A DNA stretch of 5,339 nucleotides, from assembly GCA_018985225.1 (NCBI GenBank), contig JADGIF010000670.1:1-5339 (forward strand), in the 5' to 3' direction. This DNA is from Amoeboradix gromovi X-113. Lineage: Eukaryota; Fungi; Sanchytriomycota. The notes beneath the pieces are model-generated. The model was not told where the DNA came from. It did no database searches and saw nothing but the letters and a program-made list of their open reading frames with translations. Positions 1 through 5,339 of the stretch are shown here, in pieces. The translations under genes and the position numbers were made by a program. Numbering within the stretch: the first letter of the stretch is position 1; each line of letters starts with the position of its first letter.

Positions 1-180
1 ACCTTTTGCTTAGATGCTCAAAGACCTCATATATTTGAAAGAGATGTAGGGTCTTCTAGTTTTATTTTGAAAAGAGGAATACAATCAATGAAAGAAAATT
101 GGTATAATAGAAGAAGATCTTTTATTAATTATAGCATTTCCTCCGTATGGAGCACCTCCTTTAAAAACGAGTTAGTCTAG
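1..180 (+). CDS. Partial CDS (C-terminal 59 aa, 5' end outside the window) of a putative Fanzor/TnpB-like RuvC nuclease
   Basis: Frame +1 is open from base 1 to TAG at 178-180: TFCLDAQRPHIFERDVGSSSFILKRGIQSMKENWYNRRRSFINYSISSVWSTSFKNELV*. The paralogous copy at 1777-1800 (-) reads NLIGCTFC, supplying a CxxC. CxxC-x10-RDVGSSSFILKRG resembles the TnpB/Fanzor zinc ribbon plus RuvC-III pattern CxxC...RDxNAAxNIxxxG, although it is divergent. The frame lies at the end of a TIR element. Confidence 0.6.
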   Translation, partial: TFCLDAQRPHIFERDVGSSSFILKRGIQSMKENWYNRRRSFINYSISSVWSTSFKNELV

Positions 181-199
181 TTTTTATATTTGGTGTCCC
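1..199 (+). mobile_element. Right (3') end of TIR DNA transposon, copy 1, truncated by the window start
   Basis: 1-199 aligns as an inverted homolog of 1621-1785. It ends in the TIR AGTTAGTCTAGTTTTTATATTTGGTGTCCC (170-199), followed by AT. Confidence 0.9.
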
Positions 200-220
200 A
201 TATTTCCCATTTCATTGTGA
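141..220 (+). ncRNA. Candidate omegaRNA 3' part (scaffold in the transposon right end, guide from the flank at ~200-220); boundaries uncertain
   Basis: Predicted pairings: GCACC 152-156 with GGTGT 192-196, TAAAAAC 162-168 with GTTTTTA 180-186, and CTCC/GGAG 141-152. All are retained in copy 2. The location matches known TnpB/Fanzor omegaRNAs. There is no expression evidence. Confidence 0.4.
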
Positions 221-249
221 TAGTTTAAAGATGATTTTTAAACAAAGCA

Positions 250-1620
250 TTAAAGCGAGAGGAACCGATGAACCTGTTTTAAATCTTCATTCCAAATCGA
301 TATATAAATTTTGATGTGCAACTTCAGAAAATGTCCCAACTCTAAGTCGGAGGACTTCCTGGAAAGAGTCAGTCCATAACATGTCATCAAGCCTTTTTCA
401 ATGTAAAAATGCACTGGCAATCTCTCAACCGGCAATCATTTTCATATTCTGTCTTGATGTTTGTAATGTTTTTTTAGTACTCGACTACCATCTTTTTTGT
501 CTTTTGCAATATCTCTTTTTGTCTGGTTTTTTCGTATCTATGTTGCGTTAGGCATGCTGAGCTAAAAATAATGGGTAGCCTAGTGTGGGTTCTAGATGTT
601 CCTCCTACTTGGGAATGTGGACAGTTTGTCAGAATGGGTCTCATTTATTTATTAACTGTTGAAGCATACATTGCACCTAGCTTATATGCGACGATCTGAA
701 ATAAGTCAGAATCACATTTCTCAAGTGTACACAACTTGAGTTCAATATCAAAAATATTGTAGGATTGAAAATAATTAAAAGGGCAATTTTACATGTCAAA
801 TCCTCCCAAATGTCTTGGTACTGAACTCATAAACTTTTCAAGTGTGAACTTAATTGTACCTGTGTGAAAAGTGTTTATTAAAATAACTTGAATTCAAGCA
901 ACGAATAGCATGATGGCTGCTTAAAGGTATTCACTTCATAGTACTCGCAAATCTTTGGTTTTTGTTCGTTGTATAATATAAATCAAAAAGATCACATTGC
1001 CCAGTGTTGGTACACAATTCATAAAAAGAAATGCAATAAAATAATCTATATCTAGTCAAATTACAGTACCATATATAGTTGTTACTGCTATTCGACAATA
1101 TATATCTGGATTCATTGTTAATCTTGAACTCTTGCAAATAGGATCTCTATGATACCGTTTTCCATTTTTATAGGATGAAGTCCTTTTCCCTCATCCAAAG
1201 GAAATCCTATGTAGTCATTTAAATCAAACGTCGAACAAATTTCTCTTCTTTTGTTTCTTTTGCCCATAACGTTAATGTTTCTTCTTTGTTCAATCCATAA
1301 TCCTCTACGTTGGAAGTAAATTTAGCTAAGGAAAAAAGAACTCTCCTTTAGTTTCGATCCATTGAAGCTTCTTATCAGAAAATAGGATTTTAACTCTTTC
1401 ATCTTCACTTAAAAATCTAGAATTTTTGGTGCATTCGTGTGGTTGTAGCTGCGACATAGCACTTTTGCTGACTATTTTTGATGTATTGCTATTTTGCAAA
1501 TAGGATCATGCTATCAAAGAAGCCATATCCAAGAACCATATTTGAGCTTGTTACTCCAGAAAAGAATTACATTGGCAGTGCTCAGAGCATATCTTTCGGC
1601 TCAGTAACCCAACATCTAAT
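250..1620 (-). pseudogene. Decayed coding sequence, possibly an endogenous viral RdRp/L-protein fragment
   Basis: The minus frame 893..390 has only 3 stops in 168 codons, against roughly 12 expected at this AT content, and includes FMSSVPRHLGGFDM. Other broken frames lie upstream and appear to continue beyond the inserted element to ~1991. The identity is tentative. Confidence 0.4.
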
Positions 1621-1893
1621 GAGACACCAAATATAAAAACTAGACCAAGTCGTCTTTAAAGGAGGTGCTCCATAAGGAGCAAATACTACTATTAATAAAA
1701 GTCCTTCTTTCAAACTAGTTTTCTTTCATTAATGTCATTCCCCTCTTTAAAGTATATAGGGTCTTTGAGTGTCTAAGCAAAAGGTGCAACCAATAAGATT
1801 AATTTAATTTAATTTACTATCGGTTAATACACACTGTAAATAATGATTCAAACCATTTTAGAAAGTTAGTCTAGTTTTTATATTTGATGTCCC
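1621..1893 (-). mobile_element. Complete 273-bp non-autonomous (MITE-like) copy 2 of the TIR element
   Basis: TIRs at 1621-1650 (GAGACACCAAATATAAAAACTAGACCAAGT) and 1864-1893 (reverse complement GGGACATCAAATATAAAAACTAGACTAACT) match at 26/30. AT lies on both sides (1619-1620, 1894-1895). 1621-1785 is homologous to 1-199, and 1817-1893 is homologous to 5263-5339. Confidence 0.92.
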
Positions 1894-2029
1894 ATATGTT
1901 TACGAAGCATAACCTAAAGGAGTTGGATGAGTTTGTTACAAAAATTAGAATAGACAAAGTGGTTAGAATGCCACCTTAAGCAATTACTTGTTTAGAAACC
2001 TCAATGATGCAAAATAAACATAATTATAT

Positions 2030-2548
2030 TTATTCCCTGTATTCATACTTCTTGCGCAAAACTCCTACAAGCTCTTCTCTTTCTTTGCCAGTGTTCTTTG
2101 ATCTTGATCGTGGTGAAGGTTCATCACTAGATCTGCTTGAGCTTCTACCAGACCGAGTGGACTTGCTGTCAGGACTTTTAGATTTGGATCGTGCTGATCG
2201 ACTAGAAGCAACACGAGCAGAGCTGCTTTTGCTAGAGCCAGACCTACTTTTTTCGTCAGATCTACTTCGCGGGGACGATTCGTCCTTTCTGCGATGCCTT
2301 CTCTTTCTTCGATCATCTGATCTAGAACCGGAGCTAGAGCTGCTTAATTCGTCATCCCGTGCCTTCTTTTTAAGAAATGCAGGTGACTCTCCATGCTTTT
2401 CCTTGTAATATTGCTCAAGCGCTCCATCTACCTCCGCTTCGTTGTCGTTTTTGTGCCAATAGTCATTTACTGACTTTGTAACAGATAGTTGCAGTTGTTG
2501 AAATTGATCGGTGACACCGCCTGCCCATTCACTCCAAGTTGCTGCCAT
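2030..2548 (-). CDS. 172-aa protein with an Mso1-like Sec1-binding N-terminal region and an S/R/K-rich low-complexity tail
   Basis: Intact ATG..TAA ORF with higher GC than its flanks. NDNEAEVDGALEQYYKEKHGESPAFL resembles the fungal Mso1 motif (D..ED..V...L..YY..KG...P.WL) as recalled from memory. The small size and disordered tail fit. The CDS is well supported; the product is less certain. Confidence 0.6.
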   Translation of the reverse strand: MAATWSEWAGGVTDQFQQLQLSVTKSVNDYWHKNDNEAEVDGALEQYYKEKHGESPAFLKKKARDDELSSSSSGSRSDDRRKRRHRRKDESSPRSRSDEKSRSGSSKSSSARVASSRSARSKSKSPDSKSTRSGRSSSRSSDEPSPRSRSKNTGKEREELVGVLRKKYEYRE

Positions 2549-2712
2549 GAGAAAAATAACTTAAAATTCATTTAACAAAAAATAAATGTTACTGATTGGT
2601 TCTAACCAAATTAAAATCCTTGACAAATTTTGTGACCCAATTATCTTAGTTCTAATAAATGAGACAGAATATAAGCTATACAAGTCAAAAATCCAATAAT
2701 TCTCTGGTAGAT

Positions 2713-2733
2713 TAGACATCAAATATAAAAACT
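2713..2733 (+). repeat. Solo, truncated left-type TIR fragment
   Basis: GACATCAAATATAAAAACT (2715-2733) is a 19/19 match to the TIRs at 5265-5283 and 1873-1891 (reverse complement). AT precedes it at 2711-2712. Confidence 0.8.
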
Positions 2734-3149
2734 GCGTCTAGTGACTGAATCAATATGTCTCACAAGACTAAATATAACTAATTTTACACTTTTTACTAAA
2801 TAGGAAAGCTGTTTCAGCTTTCATTGGAACATTTGCAAGTACAATAGCGCTCACTCTCATAATGGTCTTATAATACGCCAGAGCACAGTATATGATGTAT
2901 TCGTGGATATATGTGTGAATGCATAATGCAAAAGCTACAAGTTATTGAAATCCTTATAACAAATCGCAAAATATCCGGGTGGCAGAAAGGAATGATAAAA
3001 AAAACAGTTTTTGGGAGATAAAATTGGAAACTATGTATAAGTTGGTTATCCCAGTACTACAATAGGTATCCCAAATGTAAAATCAAAGAGAACAGTTATC
3101 ATGGTGGAATAATTAAGAGCCCACAGTTTTCACTAAACTCCTCGCTACA

Positions 3150-4259
3150 ATGATGGGAAAATGCAATCATGTGGATTGTACACGAATGGCTTCTCAAAAT
3201 GTAGACTATTGCGGTAGCCATATACCTCATCATTATGAAAGTCATAGCAAGTTTAAGTGTGAGCTATGTGATACATTTATCACCATATCTAAAATTAAAA
3301 AGCATAAATTTGTGTGTCCTTGCCGCCCTAAAGTGCTAGACTACGTGGTTAAGAATGCTAACCTAATTGCTAAAGATCCAATTAATTCCATAGAAATAGA
3401 TTTACCCGATCTGTTTTGTTTATTTGAAGACGAAGTTCCTACTTTGCCAGCTTTTGATGTTAATTTAAATTCAAAATTGTTTAAATCGAACATCCAGGAA
3501 TATATTTTGTCCCGTATACTGAAAAAGTATGTAGATGAAGCCAATTTAGAGTCATTTGGAGTTATCGATTTTGGTTCTGGTAAAGCGGAATTCCTGCATC
3601 ATATTCGTATGTCTTTTAAAGATTTCCAAAACATAACTTACATCGCAGTAGATAAAAGAAGTTTTAAATTTAAATTTGATCGCAAGTTCAAATTTAATAA
3701 TCTGAAGCAGGAAGCCTGTGAGCTTGAAAGTTGTAAATTTAAAAGATTACACTGCGATTTGCAAGATCTGTGCATAGATAATGTTCTAGAGCTAAATGGG
3801 ATGGATTTAGTTGGGACTTGCAAGCATTTGTGCGGCAGTGCAACAGATTTGGGCATTAACTGCTTGATAAAGCAAAAAAGTAAGCTCTTTTTGTTCGCGC
3901 CTTGTTGCCATCATAGAATAAGTAACATGTTGTTGTACGACCCATTAGACTTACCTTTTCATAAGCTAGAGCGCTTTAGATTGCAGTTTGGTAAAAAATA
4001 CAAATTATCAGCAAATCCAAATGAAATGTTCGGACAGATATTAGCGAGTATTGCCAAGCTATCAAGCTGGGCCACTATAAAATCAAATCCTGAGAGTGCT
4101 GAAAGAATTAGAATTGGACGACGAGCCAAATTCTTTTTTGATGAATTGAGAGGCAAATATTGTGAAAGAAAGGGTTACGATGTAGTGCACGCCATTTATT
4201 GCAGTGAGTCAATTACCCCCGAGAATAGGATTATGGTTTGTGTTGCGAAATTGATCTAA
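3150..4259 (+). CDS. TRM13: tRNA:m(4)X 2'-O-methyltransferase Trm13
   Basis: 369-aa intronless ORF. It has an N-terminal CCCH finger (CNHVDC...YCGSH), a second zinc knuckle (CELC...KKHKFVC), a SAM-binding motif (IDFGSGKAEF), the signature KHLCGSATD and PCCHH motifs, IGRRAKFFFDELR, and C-terminal YCSESITPEN. Confidence 0.93.
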   Translation: MMGKCNHVDCTRMASQNVDYCGSHIPHHYESHSKFKCELCDTFITISKIKKHKFVCPCRPKVLDYVVKNANLIAKDPINSIEIDLPDLFCLFEDEVPTLPAFDVNLNSKLFKSNIQEYILSRILKKYVDEANLESFGVIDFGSGKAEFLHHIRMSFKDFQNITYIAVDKRSFKFKFDRKFKFNNLKQEACELESCKFKRLHCDLQDLCIDNVLELNGMDLVGTCKHLCGSATDLGINCLIKQKSKLFLFAPCCHHRISNMLLYDPLDLPFHKLERFRLQFGKKYKLSANPNEMFGQILASIAKLSSWATIKSNPESAERIRIGRRAKFFFDELRGKYCERKGYDVVHAIYCSESITPENRIMVCVAKLI

Positions 4260-5262
4260 ATTGATAAAACCTTATAGCCGGTGCAATAATTAGATTATTA
4301 TTTACTTCATTTGAAATAAATCAATGTTTTTAGTCTTATGAAATCAATTACAAAGAAATTATGTTTTAGCTTTAATATCTAAAATCTCACGTGTTCGCGC
4401 AACTAATATATGAAGTTCTTTAATATCTCTAACAAGCTTGGCATTTTAACTTTCAACAAACTGGGTTGACACAATTTTAGTCTGCTCCTACTTACAGAAT
4501 TCTTACCACCAGGATTGATGTCTCGATGACCCTGATGGTGACGTGGAACAGGTCTCATCAAGAGTCCTGATCTCGTAAAATCAAGTGTTTTCACAGAAAA
4601 ACTATGGCAATCGCTCAGTTGCAATGAAAGCGTGAGAAGTTACTTTTTTATGCTAGGTTGAATATGGATGCATACATCTTAATTATATGGTCTCTATACA
4701 TTTCTAAAAGCCTAGTAAGATGGTATGTTGGTGCGATACGACCTGCGTGACTACGGTATATCTTTTAACAACTAAATTGACAGTTGCTGCTGCAATATTA
4801 TCCCACAGTAATCGTTCAATAACAATTTTGTGAGAAATTTACAAAAATTTCTTTGTCATCTCATGTCCAATGGGACTTTTTGCCAATGTTTTCACTAACT
4901 TGTCGGGTATGCTTAGCAAGCCCGTTTTAAGGAAAAACTTGAAGTTGAACTCCGTCTAGTAGCAGAAAAATGAGAAAACGAGAAAATTTAAGTGAAATTA
5001 TAAACATGAGAAAATGTAAGACTTTCACGAAGAGCTTATATGGCCAGCAGAATTTACATGCGCTCTTAATATATTCATCAGGGTTAGTGATTAATTACAT
5101 TTATGCTACCAGATGGTAAACAATTTAAGATTTCAATTTAACTAAAGACTTTCCCGATGGCGTCACTGTTTTTGCAAACAGTTTAGATGGCACAAAACCT
5201 GATATTCTTTCTTTTTATCTATTGAAATTGGTCCAGTTCTAAAATAGACATTTAATACAAAA

Positions 5263-5339
5263 GGGACATCAAATATAAAAACTTGACCAACTTTCTGTAA
5301 CAACTTGGAACATTATTTAAGAGGCGAGTGGACATTCAG
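5263..5339 (+). mobile_element. Left (5') end of TIR element copy 3, truncated by the window end
   Basis: GGGACATCAAATATAAAAACTTGACCAACTTTCT matches the copy-2 left end (1893 downward) at 32/34. Ungapped similarity continues through CATTATTTA. The 5' flank is AA rather than AT. Confidence 0.88.

Noticed and set aside
21-55. Hairpin AAGACC...GGTCTT with several G-U pairs inside the nuclease-like frame
   Set aside because: Its 3' arm is deleted in copy 2, so there is no conservation support. It could still be part of a longer scaffold.
200-220. In-window targets for the putative guides
   Set aside because: By eye only short matches were found (for example TAGATGTT at 593-600 for the copy-2 guide), as expected by chance.
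390-893. Alternative genetic code (TAA=Gln) explaining the three TAA interruptions
   Set aside because: The two intact genes have no internal TAA/TAG over 541 codons and end in TAA at sensible positions. Neighbouring frames also show TGA stops and frameshifts.
250-1137. ORFs 250-435 and 931-1137 as independent genes
   Set aside because: Both are short, start at TTG rather than ATG, and sit within the decayed tract.
2004-2408. 134-aa plus-strand ORF and the 83-aa minus-strand ORF at 2065-2316
   Set aside because: They are antisense or alternate-frame shadows of the low-complexity S/R-rich gene at 2030-2548.
3341-4156. Three short minus-strand ORFs (3341-3544, 3638-3856, 3959-4156)
   Set aside because: They lie antisense within TRM13 and show no motifs.
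170-5292. Recurring ~30-bp sequence as a CRISPR repeat array
   Set aside because: The copies are in mixed orientation, hundreds to thousands of bases apart, and delimit homologous internal sequence, so they are TIRs.

Overview
AT-rich, compact, apparently intron-free eukaryotic DNA, probably from a fungus or fungus-like protist. Two divergent host genes are present: TRM13 tRNA 2'-O-methyltransferase (3150-4259, +) and a small Mso1-like protein (2030-2548, -). Around them are at least three copies and one fragment of a single DNA transposon family with ~30-bp terminal inverted repeats (GGGACAYCAAATATAAAAACTAGACYAAST), mostly flanked by AT. The window opens with the 3' end of one copy. Its frame 1..180, absent from the ORF track, reads TFCLDAQRPHIFERDVGSSSFILKRG..., and a second copy extends this to GCTFC. 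This is the CxxC plus RD layout of a TnpB/Fanzor C-terminus, and the frame stops inside the right TIR. That right end can fold into a conserved stem-loop, a candidate omegaRNA scaffold. A 273-bp non-autonomous copy (1621-1893) keeps this end but has lost the putative catalytic Asp. The DNA between the copies (~200-1990, -) looks like a decayed coding sequence with weak resemblance to a negative-strand RNA virus polymerase. All assignments were made by eye; no searches were run.
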